A stretch of 64,000 nt of DNA from Candidatus Bipolaricaulota bacterium (GCA_025061735.1 JANXAU010000080.1:3857-67856), one strand, 5' to 3'; counted from the stretch's first letter, positions 15,729 through 24,839 are shown. Made by a program: numbers and translations. The notes: generated by a model not told the origin, from the letters alone.

Positions 15729-16652
15729 ATGCGATCATCGGCGACCCGGCCCTCACTTCAGGCTCCACCGGGACGGTATCTCAAGGAGCGGCTTATCCAG
15801 GGGATATTCTTTCTCTGCGCCTCTTTAGCGATCATCGTCACCGTGGTCACCATCTGGATATTTCTATCGGGTTCAGGGATCTTCTTCACCAAGGTCTCGA
15901 TGTGGGAGTTCTTGAGCGGCACACGCTGGGCCCCGTTGGACGTCGCCCGCCCCTCCTATGGGGCCTTGCCGTTGATCGTGGGCACGCTCATCATCACCGG
16001 GATCGCGCTCCTAATTGCGGTGCCTATTGGGCTGCTCAGCGCGATTTATCTCAGTGAATTTGCGTCCGAGCGCGTACGTCGGATCGCCAAGCCTGTCTTA
16101 GAAATCTTAGCGGGCATCCCCACAGTCGTCTATGGGTATTTCGCGTTGCTCTTTGTCACCCCCCTGCTGAGCACGGTGCTTCCCGATATCCAGTTTTGGA
16201 ACGCCCTGAGCGCGGGGATCGTCTTAGGGATCGCGATCATCCCCTTGGTCTCGTCGCTCAGCGAAGACGTGATCTACGCGGTGCCGCGGGCCCTGCGCGA
16301 AGGCGCCTATGCGCTGGGCGCCACCAAGTTCGAGACGATCCGTCTCGTGATCTTGCCCGCGGCTATTTCGGGAATCGCAGCGGCGTTTATCTTGGCGATG
16401 TCGCGGGCCATCGGCGAGACGATGATCGTCGCCATAGCAGCAGGGCGCGTGCCGACCTGGCCTCCCGATCTGCTTAGGCCCCTCCAGACCCTGACGGTGC
16501 ACATCGTCAACGTTGCTACCGGGGATGCCGAAGCGGGCGCGTTCATCTGGGCCACGATCTTCGCCATCGGCGCGCTGCTGTTTGTGATCACGTTTCTCTT
16601 GAATCTTCTGAGCTATTGGATCGTACGACGCTTCCGGGAGCAATACGAATGA
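15729..16652 (+). CDS. pstC: phosphate ABC transporter permease
   Basis: Six-TM permease with the EAA-like motif region AYALGATKFETIRLVILP. Confidence 0.9.
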   Translation: MRSSATRPSLQAPPGRYLKERLIQGIFFLCASLAIIVTVVTIWIFLSGSGIFFTKVSMWEFLSGTRWAPLDVARPSYGALPLIVGTLIITGIALLIAVPIGLLSAIYLSEFASERVRRIAKPVLEILAGIPTVVYGYFALLFVTPLLSTVLPDIQFWNALSAGIVLGIAIIPLVSSLSEDVIYAVPRALREGAYALGATKFETIRLVILPAAISGIAAAFILAMSRAIGETMIVAIAAGRVPTWPPDLLRPLQTLTVHIVNVATGDAEAGAFIWATIFAIGALLFVITFLLNLLSYWIVRRFREQYE

Positions 16653-18091
16653 CCACGCAGACGCTCCAGCGCGATCGGCGCTTGCTCGCATGGCGTAAGA
16701 CCAAGAGCACCCTCTTTGGCTCGTTGACCTTCAGCACGATCCTCATCAGCTTTGCCCTTCTCGTTGCTCTCTTCGTCTATATCCTCGTGAGCGCGCGCCC
16801 TATGATGGCCATGCGGGCCACCGCGCAGGCGGGTCTGGTGCTCTCTACCATGGTCGTCCAATGGGATGCGCGCAATATTCCTTATGTCATCGTTACGGAT
16901 TTCATCCCCGACAGCGCCGCCGCCCGCGCTGGCATTGAAGAATTCGACGTGATCACCCGTGTCGGTTTAAAGCCGGTCTCGCGCTCCGCCGAGGTCTGGG
17001 AGGTCGTCGCCCGCTGGCCTCACGATGCCGTTCCGGTGAGCTGGATCTCGCGGGATCGTACGAGGATCTTCGGGGAGCTGATGCCGCAAGCCGATCCCTC
17101 CACGGGCGCGATGCGCATCGTCATAGACTACTTGCCCGAAGAGAGCTTGGGATGGCAGGCAGGGTTGCGCCCCGGCGATCAGATAGTCCGAGTTGAGAAT
17201 ATCCCCGTGACGGGGACGCGCCAGGCGTGGGAGGCGCTCATCGTCGCGGCGCACCAGAAGCCGCGGCCTGAACCGTTTATAGTCGAGATCGAGCGCGCCG
17301 GGGAGCTTCGGACAGTCGCTCTAGAGGTCGAGCAGACGGCTCAAATCCCCATCACGCGCAGTTGGTGGCACGCGATCTGGGACTTTCTTACGAGCTATGA
17401 CTCCAATTCCCCTGAGAAGGCTGGACTGGCCAGTGCGATTGCAGGCTCGTTCTATCTCGTCGGGCTGACGGCGCTCTTCGCCCTGCCCTTGGCGGTGGGC
17501 GCGGCCTTATATCTTGAAGAATACGCCAGCAAGAATTGGCTCACCGATCTCATCCAGCTCTTGATTGCCAACCTCGCCGGCGTCCCCTCCGTGATCTACG
17601 GGATCATTGGACTGGAGATCTTGGCCCGGTCGCTCAAGATGGACCGGGTGCTCATCGCCGGCGCGCTCACGATGACTTTGCTTGTCCTGCCGATGATGAT
17701 CATCGCGGCGCGCGAGGCCCTGCGCACGATCCCCGACTCGATCCGCCATGCGGCCTACGCTGTGGGGGCGACGCGCTGGCAGGTGGTGCGCGCGCACGTC
17801 CTGCCCTACGCCCTGCCCGGCATCTTGACCGGGCTGATCATCGCGCTCTCGCGGGCGATGGGCGAGGCGGCCCTGCTCATCTTGCTGGGCGCGTTTCAGT
17901 ACCTAACGTTCATCCCCGGCCTGTGGAGCTATTTCACGGTTATCCCGATTCAGATCTTCACGTGGATCGGCGAAGCCAAAGACGGCTTCGCTAACATCGC
18001 CGCCGCGGCGATCATCGTGCTCTTGGTGATTCTCTTGGCGATGAACGGCTTGGCGATCTTCTTGCGCATCAAATTCCAGAGGAGGTGGTAG
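16649..18091 (+). CDS. pstA: phosphate ABC transporter permease PstA with N-terminal insertion of two PDZ-like domains
   Basis: ATGA overlap with pstC. N-terminal TM segment, then about 160 aa containing two PDZ-like segments (SAAARAGIEEFDVITRVGLKPV... and GWQAGLRPGDQIVRVENIPVTGTRQAWEAL...). The C-terminal half is the canonical PstA core with an EAA motif. Confidence 0.85.
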   Translation: MTTQTLQRDRRLLAWRKTKSTLFGSLTFSTILISFALLVALFVYILVSARPMMAMRATAQAGLVLSTMVVQWDARNIPYVIVTDFIPDSAAARAGIEEFDVITRVGLKPVSRSAEVWEVVARWPHDAVPVSWISRDRTRIFGELMPQADPSTGAMRIVIDYLPEESLGWQAGLRPGDQIVRVENIPVTGTRQAWEALIVAAHQKPRPEPFIVEIERAGELRTVALEVEQTAQIPITRSWWHAIWDFLTSYDSNSPEKAGLASAIAGSFYLVGLTALFALPLAVGAALYLEEYASKNWLTDLIQLLIANLAGVPSVIYGIIGLEILARSLKMDRVLIAGALTMTLLVLPMMIIAAREALRTIPDSIRHAAYAVGATRWQVVRAHVLPYALPGILTGLIIALSRAMGEAALLILLGAFQYLTFIPGLWSYFTVIPIQIFTWIGEAKDGFANIAAAAIIVLLVILLAMNGLAIFLRIKFQRRW

Positions 18092-18094
18092 CTC

Positions 18095-18916
18095 ATGGAG
18101 CGGACGACCGTCATCCAGCGCCGCGCTGAAGCCCGATTCTCCCACGACGACTTCACTCCTCCAGGGGAGCCCATCTTGCAGACGCGCGCGCTCAGTCTGT
18201 GGTACGGCAAACAGCAAGCGCTGGACTCGATTACGCTCGATATCCCCAAGCACCAGATCACGGCTATTATTGGGCCGTCGGGTTGCGGCAAGAGCACGCT
18301 CATCCGCTGCTTCAATCGCATGAACGATCTCGTCCCCGGCGTGCGCATCACGGGGGAGATCCTCTATCACGGCCAAAATATTTACGATCCCAACGTAGAT
18401 CCCGTCGAGGTGCGTCGCCGAATCGGGATGGTCTTCCAAAAGCCCAACCCCTTCCCTAAGTCCATCTACGAGAACGTCGCGTTTGGGCTGCGCATCAACG
18501 GGTTTACGGGGAACTTGGACGATCTGGTCGAGCGCGCCCTGCGTCGGGCAGCCCTCTGGGACGAAGTCAAAGACTATCTGCACAAGAAGAGCGGCTACGA
18601 CCTCTCCGGGGGCCAACAGCAGAGACTCTGCATCGCGCGCTCTTTGGCAATCGAGCCGGAAGTGCTCCTGATGGACGAGCCGTGCTCGGCCCTCGATCCT
18701 ATCGCTACGGCCAAGATCGAAGACTTAATGCTCGAGCTGAAGAAAGATTATACGGTTGTGATTGTCACCCATAACATGCAGCAGGCGGCACGGGTCTCGG
18801 ACTTCACGGCATTTTTATATCTGGGGCGCCTGATCGAGTACGGGCCAACCAAGAAGATCTTTGAGAACCCCGATAAAAAAGAGACCGAAGATTACATCAC
18901 GGGCAAATTTGGGTAA
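18095..18916 (+). CDS. pstB: phosphate import ATP-binding protein
   Basis: Walker [10 protein letters not shown], signature LSGGQQQRL, Walker [12 protein letters not shown]. PstB-type N-terminal extension. Confidence 0.9.
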   Translation: MERTTVIQRRAEARFSHDDFTPPGEPILQTRALSLWYGKQQALDSITLDIPKHQITAIIGPSGCGKSTLIRCFNRMNDLVPGVRITGEILYHGQNIYDPNVDPVEVRRRIGMVFQKPNPFPKSIYENVAFGLRINGFTGNLDDLVERALRRAALWDEVKDYLHKKSGYDLSGGQQQRLCIARSLAIEPEVLLMDEPCSALDPIATAKIEDLMLELKKDYTVVIVTHNMQQAARVSDFTAFLYLGRLIEYGPTKKIFENPDKKETEDYITGKFG

Positions 18917-18952
18917 AATAATCAGCCAAGCAGTTGCAGGGGGGACGAAACG

Positions 18953-19729
18953 ATGTGGAAGGCCCTCTACGTCGCCACAGCTCCCGACGAAGCCCGAGCG
19001 ATCACACAGGCTCTGGAGGAGCAGAGGATCTCCTACCAAGTGGAACCGGGGCCGACGCCCGACTCCATCGCGATCTCCGTCCAAGAGAGCGACTTCCAAA
19101 CCGCTGAGGCTTTGGTGAACGAGCTGTCAGAGGCTTCTGGCGAGACGGCTCTCCACGAGCAGACGGAAGCAACGATAGCAGAACTGCTCTGCGTGCGTTG
19201 CGCCATGCCGCTGCGCTACAAGGGCCAACGATCCCTCCAGGTGGGCTTTTGGGCGACGGGTCATATGGACGTCTCTGTCTATGTCTGCCCGCGATGCCAA
19301 CGCCTAGAGTTCTTCGAGCCTGGCGTCCGGAGCTTTGAATCAGAAGACACCTACGAGGCGCTCTGCCGCAAAGCGTCGCAGCTCATTGATCAGGGACGGC
19401 TGGAAGAGGCGATCTCGGTCTATGAGCACATCGCCGAGCGATTCCCTCACATCCCCGGCGCTCTTGAAGAGACGCAGCGCTGCATCGCGGTCTTGCAACA
19501 GCGCCTTGCGAGCACCGAAGCCGAACAAGACATCGAGAGGCTTCCGCTGGGCAGCCGAGAGCGCTATGAGGCCCTGCGTCGCAAAGCCACTCAGTTGCGT
19601 CGGAACGGCCACTGGCAAGCGGCTTTGGAAGTCTATCAGCAGATCATGCGCGAGTTCCCCAACGACCTCACAGCTTGGGAAGAAGCAGATCGCAGCATTC
19701 GTGAGCTGCAAGAGCGCCTCAAGCAGTGA
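18953..19729 (+). CDS. hypothetical protein: DUF2007-like N-domain + Cys4 zinc-ribbon + two TPR-like repeats, embedded in pst operon
   Basis: N-terminal MWKALYVATAPDEARAITQALEEQRISYQ. CxxC...CxxC (CVRC...CPRC). Duplicated 34-aa units YEALCRKASQLIDQGRLEEAISVYEHIAERFP and YEALRRKATQLRRNGHWQAALEVYQQIMREFP. Confidence 0.55.
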   Translation: MWKALYVATAPDEARAITQALEEQRISYQVEPGPTPDSIAISVQESDFQTAEALVNELSEASGETALHEQTEATIAELLCVRCAMPLRYKGQRSLQVGFWATGHMDVSVYVCPRCQRLEFFEPGVRSFESEDTYEALCRKASQLIDQGRLEEAISVYEHIAERFPHIPGALEETQRCIAVLQQRLASTEAEQDIERLPLGSRERYEALRRKATQLRRNGHWQAALEVYQQIMREFPNDLTAWEEADRSIRELQERLKQ

Positions 19730-19791
19730 AAAGACCTTGTAGAAGGCCCAAGACTACACGACAGAAAAAATTCGGTTAAAATAGACGCACT

Positions 19792-20469
19792 ATGGCCCGC
19801 GAGAGCTATCAACAGCAGCTACAGCAGTTAACAGAATCGGTTCGTCAGATGGGCGAGAAAGTCCTAGAAGAGCTGGATCTGGGGCTCCAAGCGCTGCGCG
19901 AGCACGACCGCACCCTCGCCCAAAGCCTCGACACCTGGGACGACCAAGTCGACGAGATGAATCTCCATATCGAGAGAGCCTGCACGGATCTGCTCGCGCT
20001 CCAACAGCCCGTCGCCGTAGATCTGCGACTGATCACCAGCGTCTTCAAGATCATTACAGATTTGGAGCGCATCGGCGACTTGGCCGTCAACATCGGCGAA
20101 TACGGCATGGATGCCGAAGTCTTTGTGCTCCTGCCCAAAGAAGAGTTGCTGACTCTGGGGGCGATGGCCAAGGAGATGGTGCGCGAAGCGATAGACGCGT
20201 TTGTGACGCGCGACGCCGAGCGCGCCCTCGCCCTCATCCACCGCGACGAACAGCTCGACAACCGCTGCTGGGAGCTGCGCCGCCGCGTCATCGCCAAGGT
20301 GATTGATATTGCCCGCCAAGCCCATACCCTCGACGAGGCAAAAGATATCGCCGACGATCTCATCCCTGTCTTCTGGTCTATTCGCGACCTAGAGAGGGTG
20401 GGCGACCACGCGGTCAACATCGCCGGCCGCACGATCTATCTCGCAACCGGCAAGAAAGATTATCTCTGA
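19792..20469 (+). CDS. phoU: phosphate transport system regulatory protein
   Basis: Two PhoU repeats with the conserved D(L/I)ERIGD motifs (ITDLERIGDLAVNI and IRDLERVGDHAVNI). A TAAAAT -10 at 19777-19782 places the TSS at the ATG, so the transcript is predicted leaderless. Confidence 0.9.
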   Translation: MARESYQQQLQQLTESVRQMGEKVLEELDLGLQALREHDRTLAQSLDTWDDQVDEMNLHIERACTDLLALQQPVAVDLRLITSVFKIITDLERIGDLAVNIGEYGMDAEVFVLLPKEELLTLGAMAKEMVREAIDAFVTRDAERALALIHRDEQLDNRCWELRRRVIAKVIDIARQAHTLDEAKDIADDLIPVFWSIRDLERVGDHAVNIAGRTIYLATGKKDYL

Positions 20470-20486
20470 AGGGGAGAGCAGCAAAG

Positions 20487-21299
20487 ATGCCTCTGGCATT
20501 GGAGTACGAGTCGCATCGGATACAGGCCGGCGTCGCCCGCTGGATGGATGCCCTCGATGGTGACACCCCGGAGATCCAACTCACCATCCGTCTGTTGGGC
20601 ATCGACGCTCCCGAGATGCACTACCCAGGGACGACCAAGCCCAGCGCGTTCGACAGAAAACTAGAGCGGCTCTTGGAGACCCACCGCGCGCATTTTCGCA
20701 GTCGCGGGTTGCGCGAGCATCTGGCGCCCAAGCTGGCCGACCGCCCCGGCACCCGACAGCTGCTGTGGGGCCAGCGCGCCAAGAACGCCCTCAAACAGCT
20801 CGCCGTCGAACGGCTCCATCAGCGCGCCGGGGGCCAGACCCGCTATCGCCCTCTCTACCTGACCGTCGGGGAAGAGCGCTTCGATCAGCATCGGCGTCTG
20901 CTCGCCTATGTCGCTCCCGAAGAGAAGAACCCTGAGAAGCGTCGGACGTTCAATCTCTTATTGATGGAAGCGGGCTGGGCCGTGAATTATATTCTCTATC
21001 CCAACTTGCCCAAGCCCGAGGACTGGGAACGCCTTCAAAAAGCCGTGCGCCAAGCGCGCCACGAGAAGAGGGGCTTTTGGGAGGACGAGCTGCTGCTCTT
21101 GGGCTACGAATTTCGCTTCTGCGTAGATACGCTGTTGGGCAAACGCACCGGCCCCGATAAATACTGCGTCGACATCACCACGGGAATTCTCTATAAGCCC
21201 CATGAGTACTACCTCGTCGAGCCGGAGAATCGCTTGTTTATTCCGAAAGAGCATCTGCGCCAAGCGCGAAGAGCGATCAAGGGGCTGAAGACGCGATGA
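20487..21299 (+). CDS. thermonuclease (staphylococcal-nuclease-like) family protein
   Basis: SNase hallmark IRLLGIDAPE with downstream conserved R/E/Y positions. 270 aa. Confidence 0.7.
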   Translation: MPLALEYESHRIQAGVARWMDALDGDTPEIQLTIRLLGIDAPEMHYPGTTKPSAFDRKLERLLETHRAHFRSRGLREHLAPKLADRPGTRQLLWGQRAKNALKQLAVERLHQRAGGQTRYRPLYLTVGEERFDQHRRLLAYVAPEEKNPEKRRTFNLLLMEAGWAVNYILYPNLPKPEDWERLQKAVRQARHEKRGFWEDELLLLGYEFRFCVDTLLGKRTGPDKYCVDITTGILYKPHEYYLVEPENRLFIPKEHLRQARRAIKGLKTR

Positions 21300-21721
21300 G
21301 CAAAGAGCGCAAAAAGATTATCTTTGTCTGTGTGGGGAATTCGTGTCGCAGCCAGATGGCCGAGGGGTTTGCGCGCCATTACGCCAAGCAGATGGGCCTA
21401 GACGTCGAGATCCACAGCGCGGGGACGCAGCCCGCCGGCTACGTCCACGCCGACGCGATCGACGTGATGCGCGAGAAAGGCATAGACATTTCGCAGCAGT
21501 CTTCTAAGAGCGTCGCGTCGTTTGATCTAAGAGAGTTCGACTACGTGATCTCGATGGGCTGCTTAGAATCGAATATCTGCCCGGCGAACTTTCACGGGGT
21601 CAGCGAGGACTGGGGGATCCCCGATCCCATCGGGCGCGGCTTGGAGTTCTACCGACAAGTTCGAGATATGATCGAAGAGCGCGTGCGGAAGCTGTTAGAA
21701 ACTGTTTCAAGACGCGCTTAG
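21296..21721 (+). CDS. arsC: arsenate reductase, thioredoxin-coupled LMW-PTP family
   Basis: P-loop CVGNSCRSQMAEG. A Cys pair GC(80)...ICP matches the Bacillus ArsC Cys10/82/89 triad. YSAG and GIDIS motifs. Confidence 0.75.
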   Translation: MSKERKKIIFVCVGNSCRSQMAEGFARHYAKQMGLDVEIHSAGTQPAGYVHADAIDVMREKGIDISQQSSKSVASFDLREFDYVISMGCLESNICPANFHGVSEDWGIPDPIGRGLEFYRQVRDMIEERVRKLLETVSRRA

Positions 21722-21724
21722 GAA

Positions 21725-21794
21725 GGCCCTCACCCCCAACCCCTCTCCCGTGATTACTCACGGGAGAGGGGTGCCGTCAGGCGGGGTGAGGGCC
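21725..21794. repeat. nested GC-rich palindromic element (REP-like), copy c
   Basis: GGCCCTCACCCC-caa-CCCCTCTCCCGTG-attact-CACGGGAGAGGGG-tgccgtcaggc-GGGGTGAGGGCC between convergent genes. It supplies the C-terminal codons of the 70-aa ORF. Confidence 0.7.
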
Positions 21795-21970
21795 GCGCCC
21801 TCCCCCTCCCACTTGATCCATTCAAAGACCGTGCGACAGCTTCTGCAATAATACTGCGACGTCGAGAGCCACTGGCCAAAGAGCGCGTACAGCTCGGTCT
21901 CGTAGCCCAAGCAGAACGGGCACTGCACCGGCTCTTTCATAGCGTTCTCAAAAGCGCTCTTGGGATTCAT
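21758..21970 (-). CDS. small Cys4 zinc-ribbon protein at 3' end of paa cluster
   Basis: CPFC...CRSC. 70 aa. The C-terminal 12 aa are encoded by the palindromic element. Confidence 0.4.
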   Translation of the reverse strand: MNPKSAFENAMKEPVQCPFCLGYETELYALFGQWLSTSQYYCRSCRTVFEWIKWEGEGAALTPPDGTPLP

Positions 21971-21972
21971 CG

Positions 21973-22806
21973 TTACTCTACCGGGTAGCTGTGCGCGTAG
22001 AGCGCCTCGATCTGGGCGAACGTCTCGCGATCGGGGCCGGTGCGCGAGAACCTTCGGAAAGACTCATCCCAGCCGGTCCAATCCGGGGGAGTCGTCAAGA
22101 CCGATTGCCCGGTGATCGCGTCCCAAGCGATCATCGGGACGGAGAGATTGGCTTGTTGAAAGAGCGGTCCCAGTCGCTCGACAAAGCGCGTCCGCAGTCC
22201 ATCGGAGTCCGTATCTTGGATTCCAAACCCAGTGAGCGCCTGCTCGCTGCGACTGGAGGGCTTGCCCAACCACGCGCTCACCGTCGGCCATACGATGCGC
22301 AGGCGGTGCTCCAGCTCGGCCTTGGCCTTGGGAGCGCTCACCAGGCGCAGTACCCACCCCTTGCCGTGCTGAAAGTGAAACCGCTCTTCTTGGAGCATCT
22401 TCGCCACCCGCTGCCGCAGGGGAAGATAGCTTGACTCTTTGAATGCTTCTAGCTGCACGGTCATCGCTGTATCTAGGACGGTATTGGCGACGACGAAGTC
22501 CGTCCAATCGGCAAACGCGCGATCTAGGAGTTCGAGATTTCTGTACTGACTTGGCTCTTCGGTGCGCCTGGGCAGATTCAGCTCTTGGTGAAAGCTCTCT
22601 AGAAGTCCGTAGAGGAGCCGGGCGTGACCGAACTCGTCTTGGGCCATCGAGACCGCGGCGATGGAGGCCTCGAGCGCCGGTGCGCTGAGCCACTCCCCAT
22701 AGCGCAAGCCCAAGAGATGCTTGCTGTCGGCCAAGACCAACAAGAGATCGAAGAGCGCCCCTTGGGCTTCGGGGGGCAACTCTTTGGGGGATTTGTACTC
22801 GTTCAC
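21973..22806 (-). CDS. paaC: 1,2-phenylacetyl-CoA epoxidase subunit C
   Basis: 277 aa. Ferritin-like four-helix protein matching PaaC/BoxB-type structural subunits. Operon context with paaA/paaB. Confidence 0.7.
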   Translation of the reverse strand: MNEYKSPKELPPEAQGALFDLLLVLADSKHLLGLRYGEWLSAPALEASIAAVSMAQDEFGHARLLYGLLESFHQELNLPRRTEEPSQYRNLELLDRAFADWTDFVVANTVLDTAMTVQLEAFKESSYLPLRQRVAKMLQEERFHFQHGKGWVLRLVSAPKAKAELEHRLRIVWPTVSAWLGKPSSRSEQALTGFGIQDTDSDGLRTRFVERLGPLFQQANLSVPMIAWDAITGQSVLTTPPDWTGWDESFRRFSRTGPDRETFAQIEALYAHSYPVE

Positions 22807-22816
22807 GTTGGCTCCT

Positions 22817-23044
22817 TCACGCGAAGCTCTCTTCTAACTCAATTGCCGCGATCTCGTCTTGCCGGGCGACGACGCGCATCTCGATCCACGGTTCTTCGTT
22901 GTAGATCGAGCGCGCGTAGGCAGCCGCTAAGTCGGCGTTGGGAGCGGTGACGGTGCCCACGTGCATCAGCGGGTCTTTGCGCCGCTGGCGCGCAAAGACG
23001 TCATAAATTTTTAAATCTCTTCTCATCAGACACTGACCCCCCAA
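22817..23044 (-). CDS. paaB: 1,2-phenylacetyl-CoA epoxidase subunit B
   Basis: 75 aa. Motifs YDVF.R, HVGTV and a C-terminal acidic tail match PaaB. Confidence 0.7.
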   Translation of the reverse strand: MGGQCLMRRDLKIYDVFARQRRKDPLMHVGTVTAPNADLAAAYARSIYNEEPWIEMRVVARQDEIAAIELEESFA

Positions 23045-23340
23045 TGCCGCAGGGCGATCTTGCCCTCTTCGGTCATCCTCTCTTTTGTCCAGGGCGGGTC
23101 CCAGACGAACTCGATCTCGACCTGGTCAAAGCCCTCTTGCTGCAAACGCTCCCGCACGTCTTGGCAGATGAACTCCATCGCCGGGCAGGCCGTCGCCGTC
23201 AGCCCCAACTGCACGCGCACGCGATCCCCCTCCACGCATACGCCATAGACCATCCCCATATCTACGAGAGAGATGGGCATCTCCGGGTCGGTGACGTCGC
23301 GCAGCGCCTCCCACACGCGGGCTTCGTCAGGCTTGACCAT
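23026..23340 (-). CDS. paaD: PaaD-like DUF59 (MIP18-family) protein
   Basis: 104 aa. DUF59 signature VWEALRDVTDPEMPISLVDMGMVYGV...ATACP. Confidence 0.6.
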   Translation of the reverse strand: MVKPDEARVWEALRDVTDPEMPISLVDMGMVYGVCVEGDRVRVQLGLTATACPAMEFICQDVRERLQQEGFDQVEIEFVWDPPWTKERMTEEGKIALRHWGVSV

Positions 23341-24277
23341 AGCCGTTGAGCAGACCCATAAACTTCTGATACTCTCTCTGAATCATCTTGACGTAGTGCT
23401 CGTTATAGGGGCCGCGGCGCTTCCAGCGCTCAAACGCCTGATCCCAACTGATGGGCTTGTCAAAGAGCCAGCGCTTCTTTTCGGGATCGTACTCCACGGG
23501 GATGGGATAGTCTAACACATACTGTTGCTTCTCGGGGTCAAAGTGCGCCGGAACTCTCACGCCGCAAGACTCGCACAACGGTACCACGGCGCTCAGCCAC
23601 TGCTGGCGCAACTGATCGTTGGTATAGCCCTTCAGCCGGTACTCCAATTGATCGCTGTGGCGCTTCATGTGATCGGGCAGGCCGAACCATTCGGCCCCCA
23701 TCGGGAACATCCAATCCACGGCGCGCTGGACCTCTTCTTTGATCTTGCCACCGGCTTGGCAGAGGCGCTTCATCCAGACCTCTCCGTGTCTTAGGTGAAA
23801 CGTCTCTTCTTTGTCTACCTTGGCGAGCGCGCGCTTCCATGGGCCGTAGCTGGTATGCTTGAAGGGATCGCCTAACAAGACAATCCCCGCGCGGTCGAAG
23901 AACGCGTTGGCAACGATCAGCTCGACCCAGCTCTCCAACGGCTGATCAAACCCATAGGGGTTTTTGAACTCGTGAGGCTTGCGCCCATAGACCAAGTATT
24001 CTTTGTCCATCCCCAGGTCTTCTAGAAGCCTGAAGGCGATATGAGCATGGCCCAGCTCGTCTTGGATGATCGCGTAAGCCGAGAGCCGGGTGTTGATAGA
24101 CGGGGCTTTGCAAGCCGCCATATAGTAGGCCGGGGCGCTCATGAGTTCGGTGTCGGCTTGGACTAAGAGAATCTGAATGAGCGCTTTCTTGTAGCGTTCG
24201 GTCATCTCTTCGGGGCGCTCGATGAGATAGCCCGCGGCGATCTTCTGCTTGAGGGCCTCGTCGGTCAAGGTTGGCAT
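23327..24277 (-). CDS. paaA: 1,2-phenylacetyl-CoA epoxidase catalytic subunit A
   Basis: 316 aa. Di-iron ligand motifs QADTELMSAP...DELGHA and EETFHLRHGE. Confidence 0.8.
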   Translation of the reverse strand: MPTLTDEALKQKIAAGYLIERPEEMTERYKKALIQILLVQADTELMSAPAYYMAACKAPSINTRLSAYAIIQDELGHAHIAFRLLEDLGMDKEYLVYGRKPHEFKNPYGFDQPLESWVELIVANAFFDRAGIVLLGDPFKHTSYGPWKRALAKVDKEETFHLRHGEVWMKRLCQAGGKIKEEVQRAVDWMFPMGAEWFGLPDHMKRHSDQLEYRLKGYTNDQLRQQWLSAVVPLCESCGVRVPAHFDPEKQQYVLDYPIPVEYDPEKKRWLFDKPISWDQAFERWKRRGPYNEHYVKMIQREYQKFMGLLNGYGQA

Positions 24278-24293
24278 CTTCGGTTCCCTCCTG

Positions 24294-24306
24294 TGTCAGA
24301 GTGACA
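24294..24306. promoter_or_regulatory. palindrome TGTCA-GAG-TGACA between paaA -10 and SD (operator candidate)
   Basis: 5-bp perfect arms. It lies between the TATAAT and the AGGAGGGAACCGAAG-ATG of paaA. Confidence 0.35.
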
Positions 24307-24314
24307 GCGCGTAA

Positions 24315-24343
24315 ATTATATGCGCTGGGCCACCCCTAGACAA
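24315..24343 (-). promoter_or_regulatory. paaA promoter (TTGTCT-17-TATAAT, minus strand)
   Basis: Plus-strand attata at 24315-24320 and agacaa at 24338-24343. Confidence 0.45.
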
Positions 24344-24371
24344 GTACCCTTCGCTTGCCAGAGCTACCATC

Positions 24372-24839
24372 TCATTCTAACCCTTTAGCTTTGTTATAAA
24401 TTCGTATCGCTCTGTCAAAATAAATCCCTTGGATCATCTGTTTGCCAAAATGTCCGGCCCCGCTGAGGAGCACTCCTAACAGGTACCCAGGGCCATACTC
24501 GCAATCCTCCTTCCCCGAACGGTCTCTCTCACACCGAACACTCAACGTAGTGAGCACACCGCCCGCAGCAGCAGCCAGATATAATCCCGCAGAGATAAGA
24601 TTGATCTCGTTGATGACCTCTACGGCCTCTTCCACGTCGCTGACCGCACGGCGCAGTTCGCTGGCAAATAGACCAACGTTCCGCCATTTTCCGTCCTTCT
24701 TGAATTGCCATCCCCACAGCCAGTCATAGCGCAACTCCAGTTTGCTCTGCGGAACAGATTGCTCCTTGGGCTGCGCGTACGTATTGGGTGCGATGGCTAA
24801 AAGCAAGATGCCCACAACTATCATCATGAGAATTCTCAT
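24372..24839 (-). CDS. small secreted hypothetical protein
   Basis: Signal peptide MRILMMIVVGILLLAIAPNTYA. Start taken at the internal ATG 24839. Confidence 0.5.
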   Translation of the reverse strand: MRILMMIVVGILLLAIAPNTYAQPKEQSVPQSKLELRYDWLWGWQFKKDGKWRNVGLFASELRRAVSDVEEAVEVINEINLISAGLYLAAAAGGVLTTLSVRCERDRSGKEDCEYGPGYLLGVLLSGAGHFGKQMIQGIYFDRAIRIYNKAKGLE

